Assembly: GCA_016206085.1 (NCBI GenBank)
Contig: JACQSF010000034.1
Span: 26 to 64,025 of the forward strand
Source: Candidatus Uhrbacteria bacterium
GTDB lineage: Bacteria; Patescibacteriota; Patescibacteriia; UBA9934; GWF2-40-263
Direction of reading: 5' to 3'
DNA length: 64,000 nucleotides
Numbering within the stretch: position 1 is the stretch's first letter; each line of letters opens with the position of its first letter. The translations under genes were made by a program, and so were the position numbers. The notes below the pieces were generated by a model, which made no database searches, was not told where the DNA came from, and worked only from the letters and a program-made list of their open reading frames with translations. This document shows, piece by piece, positions 42,449-51,607 of this stretch.

Positions 42449-44527
42449 TCACAAGCCCCATGCGGCGGAATTGATCCCCTCTCGATCGTTTTCGTCGTCG
42501 CTAAAAAACGTCCCAATAAGTTGCGCGTAGCCGTTATAGACACGAATATGGGGGCCTCCTCCAGGACCGGCCGCCGTGATAATCGAGGCACCGGGCCATT
42601 CACTAAGGTTTCCAACAGAAAGGCGCACTCCGCCACGGAATGCTGAGTCGTAGGCAAAAAACGTACCCAACCAAGTTCCCGCTGCATCGAAAATCTGGAC
42701 TTGCGGCCCGCCTCCGTTGTCCGTCCCTGTCACAATCTCGTCATCACCATCGCCATCTAAATCTCCACTGGCAACGAACACCCCCTTATCGTACGTTGAT
42801 GTATAAGCAAGAAACTCGCTGACAAACTCCCCATCTGGTTCGTAAATTCTGATAAGTGGCTCATATCCTTGTCCCAAAGACAGGATAACCTCATCTGTGC
42901 CATCACCGTCCACGTCACCCATTGTCAAGCGAACACTTCGTCCTGCGCTCAGATCCTCAAACGCGTTCAAGGTCGATTCCACCTGTTCTCCACCTCTATC
43001 AAACAGACCAACGCGTGCCGATCCGTCTTCATCGGTGGAGACAGCAATCTCTTCGATTCCATCGCCGTTGATATCTCCCGTTGCCACATACAGACCCGAC
43101 CGCAATGTCGTTTCAAACGCATAAAACTGGCTCTCGAGATTTCCCTCCAAATCGAACACGCGCACCTGTGGTCCGCCACCAGGTCCCGGAACTGTCACGA
43201 TCTCTTCTTGGCCGTCACCATCGACGTCTCCCATGGTCAGGCGAACCCCCCCAGTAAAACTGGAGTCATACGCATCAAATGCTGCCACAACCTCGCTCCC
43301 AGAATTCGTAAACACACGTACGGTGGGTGGACTGCCGGATTCCGGCGCCACGGCAATGCGATAACTCGAAATGGCTTCACGTGCTGACACAGAAGAACCT
43401 GAGTCGCTTGCATCAACAAAAGAGGGAGCCAGCGCAAGAGCGCTCGCGATGTTAAGTCGACCCGAACCCATCTTTCCCTTCGCGTCTCCTGTTGCGGTGA
43501 CGGGATCAACAGAAAGACGAAGGATCAATTTAATATCGTCAGGACTCAGCGAATGGTAGGCGGATTTAAGAAGAGCCGCCGCACCCGCAACCATCGGCGA
43601 AGCCATAGATGTCCCAGACCAGGAATCTTGATACGACCCCTCGCTAAACGCTTCCCAGTCATCGTCCTGATAGACCGCGCTAAAAATATTCTGCCCAGGA
43701 GCCGAGATGTCTGTGCACTCTGCCCCATAGTTTGAAAAATCGGCCTTCACATCGTTTTCATCCGTCGCGGCCACGCCTAGAATCCAATCCTCCTGCGCTC
43801 GCTCTCCAAAGCATGCAGGAAAAATTGCATGTTGGTCGATATTCATGCCCCCATGATCGGCGTTCCCCATGGCGGCCACAACGACGATTCCCGCCTCATA
43901 AGCCTCTTCAATGGCTCGCCGCAAGGCATCATCAAAATCAAACCCCGTGAAACTCAAGTTGATCACGTCCGCTCCGTTAGCGGTCGCGTACTCGACGCCT
44001 TGTCGAGCAAGATTTGAGTCGCCTATTCCCTGGTTATCCAAAATACGAACTGACATGAGCTGCACATCCCAGATGATTCCCGCGATCCCCTCGTCATTGT
44101 CTCCCACCGCACCGATAATACCGGCGATGACGGTTCCGTGCGAGACGGCTCCTTCGTCAAATGCTTCGCCTTGTGTCGGAATCGGTGAACCGTCGTCATC
44201 GATGAAATCGTACCCATTAAAGTCATCAACCCACCCGTTGTTGTCGTTGTCGATTCCATCCCCTTCAATCTCTGCGCTGTTCTTCCAAATATTTTCTTTG
44301 AGATCCGGATGATCCAAATCGATTCCCGTATCCAAAATTGCTACGACAACACTTCCGTCGCCCGTATGCGTGTCCCATGCCGTGTACGCGTCGATATTCT
44401 GCAAATACCATTGCTCCTCAAGAAACTCGTCATCTGGCGTAAAAGCCCGTGCGGGGCTCACGGAAGAAATAATGAAACAAAAAAGAAGACCCAATGGTAT
44501 CCAAGGTGAAAGAATGCGATGACTCAT
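42449..44527 (-). CDS. Secreted S8 subtilisin-like peptidase with C-terminal FG-GAP/VCBS repeats
   Basis: D/H/S triad blocks ILDTGIDLDHPDL, HGTVIAGIIGA and GTSMASPMVAGAAALL. Repeated GDVDGDGxxEIV. Confidence 0.85.
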   Translation of the reverse strand: MSHRILSPWIPLGLLFCFIISSVSPARAFTPDDEFLEEQWYLQNIDAYTAWDTHTGDGSVVVAILDTGIDLDHPDLKENIWKNSAEIEGDGIDNDNNGWVDDFNGYDFIDDDGSPIPTQGEAFDEGAVSHGTVIAGIIGAVGDNDEGIAGIIWDVQLMSVRILDNQGIGDSNLARQGVEYATANGADVINLSFTGFDFDDALRRAIEEAYEAGIVVVAAMGNADHGGMNIDQHAIFPACFGERAQEDWILGVAATDENDVKADFSNYGAECTDISAPGQNIFSAVYQDDDWEAFSEGSYQDSWSGTSMASPMVAGAAALLKSAYHSLSPDDIKLILRLSVDPVTATGDAKGKMGSGRLNIASALALAPSFVDASDSGSSVSAREAISSYRIAVAPESGSPPTVRVFTNSGSEVVAAFDAYDSSFTGGVRLTMGDVDGDGQEEIVTVPGPGGGPQVRVFDLEGNLESQFYAFETTLRSGLYVATGDINGDGIEEIAVSTDEDGSARVGLFDRGGEQVESTLNAFEDLSAGRSVRLTMGDVDGDGTDEVILSLGQGYEPLIRIYEPDGEFVSEFLAYTSTYDKGVFVASGDLDGDGDDEIVTGTDNGGGPQVQIFDAAGTWLGTFFAYDSAFRGGVRLSVGNLSEWPGASIITAAGPGGGPHIRVYNGYAQLIGTFFSDDENDREGINSAAWGL

Positions 44528-44530
44528 ACG

Positions 44531-46543
44531 CTAATAGATAGCGGCGACGGCGCCATAACGATGAACGGAATCAAAAGCGAAAAACCCACCAATGAGTTCC
44601 GTCTGTGTATTAAAGATACGAACCTGTGGACCACCCGCACCTGATGCGGTTACGTAGATCTCGAAGGAACCGTTACGGTCAATATCCCCAGCAACGATTT
44701 CTACTCCTTCACGAAATTCAAACGGGAAGGCAAAAAAGGATTTAAGCAAAACTCCCTTTTGATTATACACATGAACTTTTGGAACGTGTCCTGATCCGGC
44801 AACAACGATCACTTCTTCAATTCCATCGCCATCGATATCCGCATGTCCAATGGACTGTGCGGTGACCCCGCCCAACGCGGTAAAGGAATTCACATATCGT
44901 CCTGTGCCGTCATGAATGATAATTTTGCCGTCCCCATCCCAACCCAAAGTTGAAATGATTTCCTCTTGTGTGTCCGCATCGACGTTGGCGACCGTTACTC
45001 GCACGGGCGACGTCGTACGGCCAAAGGGGAAAATAGCCCCCTTCAGGTGACCATACTGGTTGAAGATACGGACTTGTCCTGTTCCTCCCTGATCCGTCGT
45101 CACAAGAATCTCATCGACCCCATCGCCGTTGACGTCTCCTGTTGCAACAAAAATTCCGTTCCGATCACCCTCATCCAGAGCAAAAAATTGACGTTCAACA
45201 TTCCCGTCAAGATCAAAAATTCTCACTTGCGAACCGCCGCTTGGGCCGGCACCTGTCACGATTTCAACTTCCCCGTCGCCGTCTACGTCTCCCATCGCCA
45301 AACGAACACCCCCGCGAAACGCGGCGGAATATGCGAGGAATTCCACCAAGATTTCACCCTGCCCATTCACTCGACGAACTATTGGTTCAGCTCCTTTTCC
45401 TTGTGCGACCACAAATGATTCAGGATTGTTCTGGAAGGTGTTACGCACGGTGCTTCTTCCCGTGCCGGCAAACACGGTGGCATATTCCAGAGCTCGTAAG
45501 AGGTTCACGCGCCCGGCTCCAAGTCTTAAACGAGCCTCTAAAGAAGTTTCAGCAACGGGATCAACGGAAAGTTTGAGTACGTTACGTACTTGGTCAGGAG
45601 TCAAACTGGGATAGGCTGAGCGCAGGAGTGCTGCGGCGCCTGAAACCATCGGTGCGGCAAGGGATGTCCCCTCCCACGGAGATGCATACGCGGTGATGAA
45701 CGCAAGGTCATTTGCGTTGTGATAGACACTCGCAAAAATATCGACACCCGGTGCCGTCAGATCTGTACATGTCGTCCCGAAATTTGAAAAATCGGCTTTG
45801 TAGTCATATTGATCCGTTGCTGCAACACCAATCACCACGTTTTTTCCGATCTCTAAGTCAAAACACGCGGGATAAATCGGCGTCACGTCTGTATCGATGT
45901 TCCCATTGCCTACAGCCGCGACCATCACAACTCCCTGATCATAGGCCCACTCAATGGTTTCGCGCAGACGTTCATCGTCTCGCGAAAAGGTAAAACTCAG
46001 ATTGAGTACATCGGCTCCGTTCTCCACCGCATACACGATAGCACGACGCACATTCGTCGTGGAACCGGCTCCGAACTCATTAAGCACACGCAATGGCATA
46101 ATTGAGACATCCCAGTTAATTCCCGTAATCCCCAAACCGTTGTTTGCGGTTGCTCCGATGATCCCGGCAATGACCGTCCCATGCGAGGCAACAGTATCAC
46201 TCACGCCTTGATCAAGATCAGGTGAAGGATCTGAGTCACCATCGACAAAATCCCAGCCGATCGTATCATCGTCGTACCCATTCGTATCGTCATCAGTACC
46301 ATCTCCCGCCACTTCGTCTTCATTCTTCCAATACTGCCCTACGAGATCCTCATGATCCAAATCAAACCCCGCATCAAGCACGGCGACAATCGTTTCCTGG
46401 GAACCTGTTTCCGTTTCCCATGCCCCTGGAGCGGACATCTGATCCAAATACCAAAGCTCCGAACGGAACCGATCCGTCACGTCACGGGCGGAGACAGGAA
46501 AAGCCACAAAAGCAACAAGAATAACAACAAAAAAATGCCGCAT
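44531..46543 (-). CDS. Secreted S8 subtilisin-like peptidase with FG-GAP/VCBS repeats (tandem paralogue)
   Basis: VLDAGFDLDHEDL, HGTVIAGIIGA, GTSLAAPMVSGAAALL. Repeated GDVDGDGEVEIV. Confidence 0.85.
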   Translation of the reverse strand: MRHFFVVILVAFVAFPVSARDVTDRFRSELWYLDQMSAPGAWETETGSQETIVAVLDAGFDLDHEDLVGQYWKNEDEVAGDGTDDDTNGYDDDTIGWDFVDGDSDPSPDLDQGVSDTVASHGTVIAGIIGATANNGLGITGINWDVSIMPLRVLNEFGAGSTTNVRRAIVYAVENGADVLNLSFTFSRDDERLRETIEWAYDQGVVMVAAVGNGNIDTDVTPIYPACFDLEIGKNVVIGVAATDQYDYKADFSNFGTTCTDLTAPGVDIFASVYHNANDLAFITAYASPWEGTSLAAPMVSGAAALLRSAYPSLTPDQVRNVLKLSVDPVAETSLEARLRLGAGRVNLLRALEYATVFAGTGRSTVRNTFQNNPESFVVAQGKGAEPIVRRVNGQGEILVEFLAYSAAFRGGVRLAMGDVDGDGEVEIVTGAGPSGGSQVRIFDLDGNVERQFFALDEGDRNGIFVATGDVNGDGVDEILVTTDQGGTGQVRIFNQYGHLKGAIFPFGRTTSPVRVTVANVDADTQEEIISTLGWDGDGKIIIHDGTGRYVNSFTALGGVTAQSIGHADIDGDGIEEVIVVAGSGHVPKVHVYNQKGVLLKSFFAFPFEFREGVEIVAGDIDRNGSFEIYVTASGAGGPQVRIFNTQTELIGGFFAFDSVHRYGAVAAIY

Positions 46544-46586
46544 ATGTACCGCGGCATTGTAGCGATTTCTTTAGAAATTGTCATGT

Positions 46587-47517
46587 GGGGTCAGGTCGGG
46601 AAACGGGAATTTCTAGTGTAACGATAATCATGCACGACAAATTTTGCCAACGGTCGTACGGTCAAGATTCAGATGTCTGGCAATCTCTGTATTAAGATAC
46701 CCGCATCTCAATTTCGCCAATTTTATAGCACGATTTCGTTGTTTAATGGTAGCAACGTTTTGAAAAATCTCTGCCAACGTAGGCCTCCCAACAATCCGTT
46801 GCTCGCGTGGGTATTCCTTTAGATCCTCGACTCCTGCCGTATGATTATCCCATATCCAATGAATAAATTGAGGCGAACCTAGAATAAGATCATGTTCAAG
46901 TTCGTCATAAGGGTCAGGAGCGTCGATTCCATCCATCACAAAACGTCGATACGCTTTTTTCGCGCGTGCGTGAACGATCATCATCAAAATTTCCTAGGAG
47001 CCAATCGACGTTCAGCCACGAGGGCGCGGTGGCTGTCCCGGCTGTGGCGTTGTAACTGCACCATTTCCATTTACGCGGGTGATCGACGAACCCTGCACGC
47101 ACCGCGTTGAGCACGATGTATCGCGCCACCGCAAGCAGATACGCTTCTTTTTCAATGATAAACGCTTTGTAGCGACCTTGAAACAGGTGACCGACCCCAC
47201 CATGGCGTGCATGAAACCACTGCGTGTAGTTCCCGTTGAGATCGCGCATGGCGGTGGAGAGATTTGCGTCGGGTGTTTCAATGAGCAGGTGAAAGTGGTT
47301 ATCCATGAGGCAATACGCATGAACAACAAGGTTGTGCAACTTCACGGCATCTTCCAGCCAATCGAGAAAGCCGCGTCGATCTTTATCGTCGAGGAAGATG
47401 TTTTGTTTATTGTTTCCACGAACAATGACGTGGTACAGGGCGCCTTCATAGAGGACGCGGAGGGGTCTAGACATAGGATGTCATTGTACCAAAATTCCCG
47501 TTTCCCGACCTGACCCC
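46587..47517. mobile_element. IS200-like (Y1/RAYT-like) transposase unit bracketed by 26-bp perfect inverted repeats
   Basis: GGGGTCAGGTCGGGAAACGGGAATTT (46587-46612) is the rc of 47492-47517. TCATGT is also shared just outside both copies. Confidence 0.65.
46628..47474 (-). pseudogene. Y1 (HUH) transposase, IS200-like/RAYT-like, with C-terminal DnaA-C-like HTH; split by a frameshift into 186-aa and 119-aa ORFs
   Basis: HUH motif DNHFHLLIE, Tyr motif ARYIVLNAVRAG, C-terminal ORF LRCGYLNTEIARHLNLDRTTVGKI. The frames overlap at 46914-46987. Confidence 0.7.
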
Positions 47518-47544
47518 AAAACGACATGAGTCGTCATTCATTCT

Positions 47545-47575
47545 CAAAAAGATAAAACCGCCAGAGTGGGCGGTT
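47545..47575 (-). terminator. Rho-independent terminator of the ClpP-like gene
   Basis: Minus sense: AACCGCC-cactct-GGCGGTT followed by TTATCTTTTTG. Confidence 0.65.
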
Positions 47576-47586
47576 GAGAGAACGGC

Positions 47587-48147
47587 TCAGCGGGGTTGCC
47601 AAGGAAACCGTTCGGTGACGTTGTGGACGATTCCGTAACGGAGAGCCTCGTGGGCACTGAGTCTGGCCTCCTCGCGCATGAGACCCAGGAAGGTACCCGT
47701 GTCGACATTCGTCTGCGCGCGCAGGAAGCGAACGAACCAGCTTTGCGCATCGCGCATCGACGCGAGCCATGCTTCGTAGTGCTCGCGCCCCTCGCGGGAC
47801 ATGCGGCTGCGGTATTCCTCGAAGCCTTCAAGATCTGTCACCGTGATGGGGCCGCCCATGGATCCGGCCGGGAAGATACGAACCTCGTGGAAAAGGAAGG
47901 TAGACCTCGGATGAGCGATCCGTCGGTGTCCCAGCAGGTAGAGCAACACGGCGGCTGACTCAACATCACCCGCAAAGGTTGTGACATCACGTCTGGCAAT
48001 AGCCGGACCCAGACGCGAGAAGAAGTCGAAGGTACCACCCGGGGAGTGGACAAAGAGTCCTGTGCGGCCGTTTTCACGCCGTAACTCCTGCAAGAGGAGT
48101 TCTATACGCTGTTCAGAGATTTCCCCTGTGAAGGACATAAGTCGCAT
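47587..48147 (-). CDS. ClpP/S14-like serine peptidase family protein, GC-rich; start uncertain
   Basis: LFVHSPGGTFDFF...GDVESAAVLLYL...FLFHEV resemble ClpP blocks. Start taken at MRLMSF (M87 of ORF 47587..48405) to avoid a 107-nt overlap with the upstream gene. Confidence 0.5.
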   Translation of the reverse strand: MRLMSFTGEISEQRIELLLQELRRENGRTGLFVHSPGGTFDFFSRLGPAIARRDVTTFAGDVESAAVLLYLLGHRRIAHPRSTFLFHEVRIFPAGSMGGPITVTDLEGFEEYRSRMSREGREHYEAWLASMRDAQSWFVRFLRAQTNVDTGTFLGLMREEARLSAHEALRYGIVHNVTERFPWQPR

Positions 48148-48298
48148 GAACCCTCCATCGTCTTGGAGAGACGAGCGATCAAAGATATAGCACGAGAGCC
48201 GTTCCGTCAATCGGTGCACTGGTAAGAAAAGCCGCCCGACAGAGGGGTCAGACGGCGGCGCGTGTGTCACGTGGTTGAGCCACTCCACTTCAAATATT

Positions 48299-49666
48299 CT
48301 ACCATTCGTGGATACTTTGATATTCCGGTACGACCACCTCGGTTTGGAGAGTGTGGCGTAGGTGGGTTGCAAAAACCTCTTTCGCTTCAGGATCGCCGTG
48401 TACAAGAAAAATCTTCTGTGGAATTTTTCCGTCTTCAGGCTTGAGCCATCGCGTGAGCTTGTTCATGTCCGCGTGTGCCGAGAATGCGCCAATTGCGCTC
48501 ACCTGAGCATGCACCTCTACATCCTCGCCAAAAATACGTACCTTCTTTGCTCCCTCATACAGTCGTCGACCAATCGTTCCCTGCGCTTGATACCCAATAA
48601 TCAAGAGCCGATTATTTTTATCGGGAAGATATCGAATAAGGTGGTGCATGATTCGTCCGCCAGACATCATGCCCGAACCGGCGATAATAATTTTTGGTGG
48701 CACCGCATCATTAATCGACTTAGACTCGGCAACGGAAAGAGTCTCTCGCAAATTTGGAAAGCTAAAAAAATCTTTATCCGGGTCTTTCAAAATCGACTCA
48801 TCGAATTTTAAGAAATTCTTAAAGTGACGATACAGAGCCGTCGCTTTAATGGCCATGGGGCTATCTAAAAATATCGGAAGCTTTGTGTGGAGCTCTTCGA
48901 GAAGCAGTTTATTAATCTCATACAGGAGCTCCTGCGTTCGTTCAATCGAAAACGCTGGGATCATGAGAACGCCTCGCTGCTTGATGATATCCTGAATGGC
49001 TTCCCGCAACTTGTCGCCTCGAGTATTCGCGCCCTCGTGCTCGCGGTGCCCGTACGTCGACTCACAGATCACCACGTCGGCGTGCGAGATGGGTTCTGTG
49101 TCAGGCAAGATAGGAACATCGTCATTCCCAATGTCGCCAGAGAACACGACTCGCTTCCCTTCTGCATCCACGGAAATATAACTCGAGCCAAGCACATGGC
49201 CTGCCTCATGAAACACCACCGTAATTCCAGACGCAAGTTCAATGTGCTCGTGATAGCTGACAGTCTTCACCTGCTCAAATGTTGACGTGAGATCTTCCAT
49301 CTCATACAACACAGAACTTCCACACTTTTCAGATTCTTCCTGCATGATGTGATGGGCATCCTCAAGCACCAACTTTGCGAGTCCCGCGCACGGCTCTACC
49401 ATGTAAATCGGTCCGGTGAATCCCTCTTTGACGAGTTTGGGCAGGCGTCCTGTGTGGTCTGCATGAGGATGGGAAATAAAAACGGCTTCAATCGCTGAAG
49501 CATCAAACCCAAACGGGGTCATGTTCTTATCCCCACACATGTGCTCGCCCTGGAACATCCCACAATCTAACAGGATGGCGTGCGACTTTTTGTTTGCATC
49601 AAGAAATTCAAGGCGATGACAGGAACCAGTCACTTCTCGCGCCGCGCCGTGGAATGAAAGTTTCAT
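48299..49666 (-). CDS. MBL-fold beta-CASP ribonuclease (RNase J/CPSF-like)
   Basis: Start MKLSFHGAA (ATGA overlap). HPHADHTG motif 2. beta-CASP and C-terminal H motifs (SAHAD, LVHGD). Confidence 0.85.
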   Translation of the reverse strand: MKLSFHGAAREVTGSCHRLEFLDANKKSHAILLDCGMFQGEHMCGDKNMTPFGFDASAIEAVFISHPHADHTGRLPKLVKEGFTGPIYMVEPCAGLAKLVLEDAHHIMQEESEKCGSSVLYEMEDLTSTFEQVKTVSYHEHIELASGITVVFHEAGHVLGSSYISVDAEGKRVVFSGDIGNDDVPILPDTEPISHADVVICESTYGHREHEGANTRGDKLREAIQDIIKQRGVLMIPAFSIERTQELLYEINKLLLEELHTKLPIFLDSPMAIKATALYRHFKNFLKFDESILKDPDKDFFSFPNLRETLSVAESKSINDAVPPKIIIAGSGMMSGGRIMHHLIRYLPDKNNRLLIIGYQAQGTIGRRLYEGAKKVRIFGEDVEVHAQVSAIGAFSAHADMNKLTRWLKPEDGKIPQKIFLVHGDPEAKEVFATHLRHTLQTEVVVPEYQSIHEW

Positions 49667-50094
49667 ACGCGTTCTGATCGGTAATTCAAAAACGAAAGGA
49701 CAAGAAGGGCCGCGATCGTTGCTTGCGAGGCAAGACACACGATGCACCAGGCATGCAGGACAAAGGCCTCGAGTCCGGTCAAATAAAGCGCGAAGAGAAA
49801 TCCACCAGTTGTAGCGACGAACAAGAATGTTGAGAGACTCCGATCTGTGGGATTCTTTCGTTTAAGAAATGCCGCAACAAATACGAAAAGATATCCCACA
49901 ACACCGATGCCGGCGATCGGAATACCCAGAATCTCCGAGTACGGCCCCTGGTTTACAATGTCGCAGCTAAAGGTATCGCTGAGATTGCACAGCGCCCCAG
50001 AGGTAAACCCTGTTTTGTGTGCCAAGGAGTAGGTCGAAAGGACGATCCCCAACAAAGAAACGCCCATAATCCAGTTGAGGATCGTCTTATTCAT
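49663..50094 (-). CDS. Vitamin K epoxide reductase (VKOR) family protein
   Basis: Start MNKTILNW. Loop cysteines CNLSDTFSC. Active-site CIVC in the last TM. Confidence 0.8.
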   Translation of the reverse strand: MNKTILNWIMGVSLLGIVLSTYSLAHKTGFTSGALCNLSDTFSCDIVNQGPYSEILGIPIAGIGVVGYLFVFVAAFLKRKNPTDRSLSTFLFVATTGGFLFALYLTGLEAFVLHAWCIVCLASQATIAALLVLSFLNYRSERV

Positions 50095-50491
50095 AACGGG
50101 AGTCAGGCAGGACACAGCCAGATTTATCCGCAAGTGTCCCCAGTGTCTGTTCACCACTTGCGCGCGATCCGTCTGCGAATTCCCACGTCGGGTATCCTTG
50201 GATCCCTGCATCTTTACAAGTTTGATTCATGGTACGAGCGGCCGTAGAACATTCGATGTAGTTGATAGAGTCAAACGCATTTCCAAAAAGTTTTTTCTGA
50301 TTCTCACAATGCGGACACCACCAGGCGCCATACATGGTCACGCCGGAGGTGGTGAGACATTGCGCAAACTCAGCATAGGGTGACGGAGCATCATCACCAA
50401 CGGCATTATTAGCCGCAAAGACGACAAGCCCGACAACTACGAGAGCCGCAGCTCCGTATAAATAATAGGAAGATTGTTTCAATTTAGACAT
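50087..50491 (-). CDS. Membrane-anchored thioredoxin-like protein (VKOR partner)
   Basis: N-terminal TM. GAWWCPHCENQKKLFG (CxxC). Confidence 0.75.
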   Translation of the reverse strand: MSKLKQSSYYLYGAAALVVVGLVVFAANNAVGDDAPSPYAEFAQCLTTSGVTMYGAWWCPHCENQKKLFGNAFDSINYIECSTAARTMNQTCKDAGIQGYPTWEFADGSRASGEQTLGTLADKSGCVLPDSRYE

Positions 50492-50544
50492 ACGACATTA
50501 GTATACTTGATATAAATCGATTTTTCGAGTAGTCTCGTTTCGTT

Positions 50545-51606
50545 ATGATTCTTCACTGGTCACAACTTCCACGACCGATTATCGCGCTCTCCCCCATGGC
50601 GGACATGACGGATTCTTCTTTCTGCCGTACGGTTCGACTTATGTGCTCCACCACCTTTCCACCTTCCCACCTCTCCACCTCTTTCATTGTTTTTCGTGAG
50701 ATGGTGAGTGCAGAGGCGGTCGTGCGCGGTAACGACAAGACACTCACGATGACAGAGATTCATAAGGATGAACGGCCATTGGTACAGCAACTGTTCGGAA
50801 GCGATCCAGCGACGATGGCAGAGGCTGCGCGCGTCATCGAGGAGCAACATCATCCAGAAGGCTTTGATGTGAACATGGGGTGTCCGGTCTACAAGATCGT
50901 CCACAACTTCAACGGTGCGGCGCTCATGAAAGAGCCTGAGCTTGCGGCAAAAATTATCAAAGCCATGAAAGCGGCGATCACGGTTCCCCTCTCCATTAAG
51001 ATCCGTGCGGGCTGGGATGATCCACGCGAGTGTCTTGAGTTCTCCAAAGTAGTCGAGGATGCTGGAGCGGATCTCATTACGATGCATGGCCGCACCAAAA
51101 CGCAGGGCTACTCGGGACAATCAGATTGGAACCTCATCGGCGAGGTGAAAAAGGGATTATCGATCCCTCTCCTGGCCAACGGTGATATCCACACACCTCC
51201 ATTGACTTTGAACGCTCTGGAAACAACCGGCGCGGATGGAGTCTTGATTGCACGAGGAGCGCTCGGCAACCCGTGGATCTTCTCGCAGATCGAAGACCTG
51301 CTCGCTGGACGAGAACCAAAAGCCATTACACTTAAGGAACGCGTCCGCATCGTGAAACAACACTTGGCGTACCACATCGAGCAATATGGGGAGCGCGGCA
51401 TCGTCACGTTCCGCAAACATCTCTCGTGGTACTTTCGTGGAATCAATGGCGCCAAACCGTACAAGGAACGTCTCCATACGGCTACAAGCCAGGCAGAAGT
51501 CGACTCAATCCTTCAAGATATGCTCTTGCATGGGTTGATCGATGGTCTCTCAACGCGCGATGCTGTACATCCACAAGCAACGGAACGTGTCTTCATGAAA
51601 AAATAA
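50545..51606 (+). CDS. dusB: tRNA-dihydrouridine synthase
   Basis: ALSPMADMTDSSF...EMVSAEAV...DVNMGCPVYKIV...HGRT. Contains a low-complexity insert STTFPPSHLSTSF. Confidence 0.85.
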   Translation: MILHWSQLPRPIIALSPMADMTDSSFCRTVRLMCSTTFPPSHLSTSFIVFREMVSAEAVVRGNDKTLTMTEIHKDERPLVQQLFGSDPATMAEAARVIEEQHHPEGFDVNMGCPVYKIVHNFNGAALMKEPELAAKIIKAMKAAITVPLSIKIRAGWDDPRECLEFSKVVEDAGADLITMHGRTKTQGYSGQSDWNLIGEVKKGLSIPLLANGDIHTPPLTLNALETTGADGVLIARGALGNPWIFSQIEDLLAGREPKAITLKERVRIVKQHLAYHIEQYGERGIVTFRKHLSWYFRGINGAKPYKERLHTATSQAEVDSILQDMLLHGLIDGLSTRDAVHPQATERVFMKK

Positions 51607-51607
51607 T

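Noticed and set aside
42449-46543. Diversity-generating retroelement (template/variable repeat) involving the duplicated protease genes
   Set aside because: No reverse transcriptase is in the window. The two genes differ throughout at the protein level rather than in a short adenine-specific variable region.
47587-48405. Full 272-aa reading of the ClpP-like ORF
   Set aside because: It would overlap the 3' end of the beta-CASP RNase gene by 107 nt. ClpP-like similarity starts only after M87, so a shorter CDS was preferred, with low confidence.
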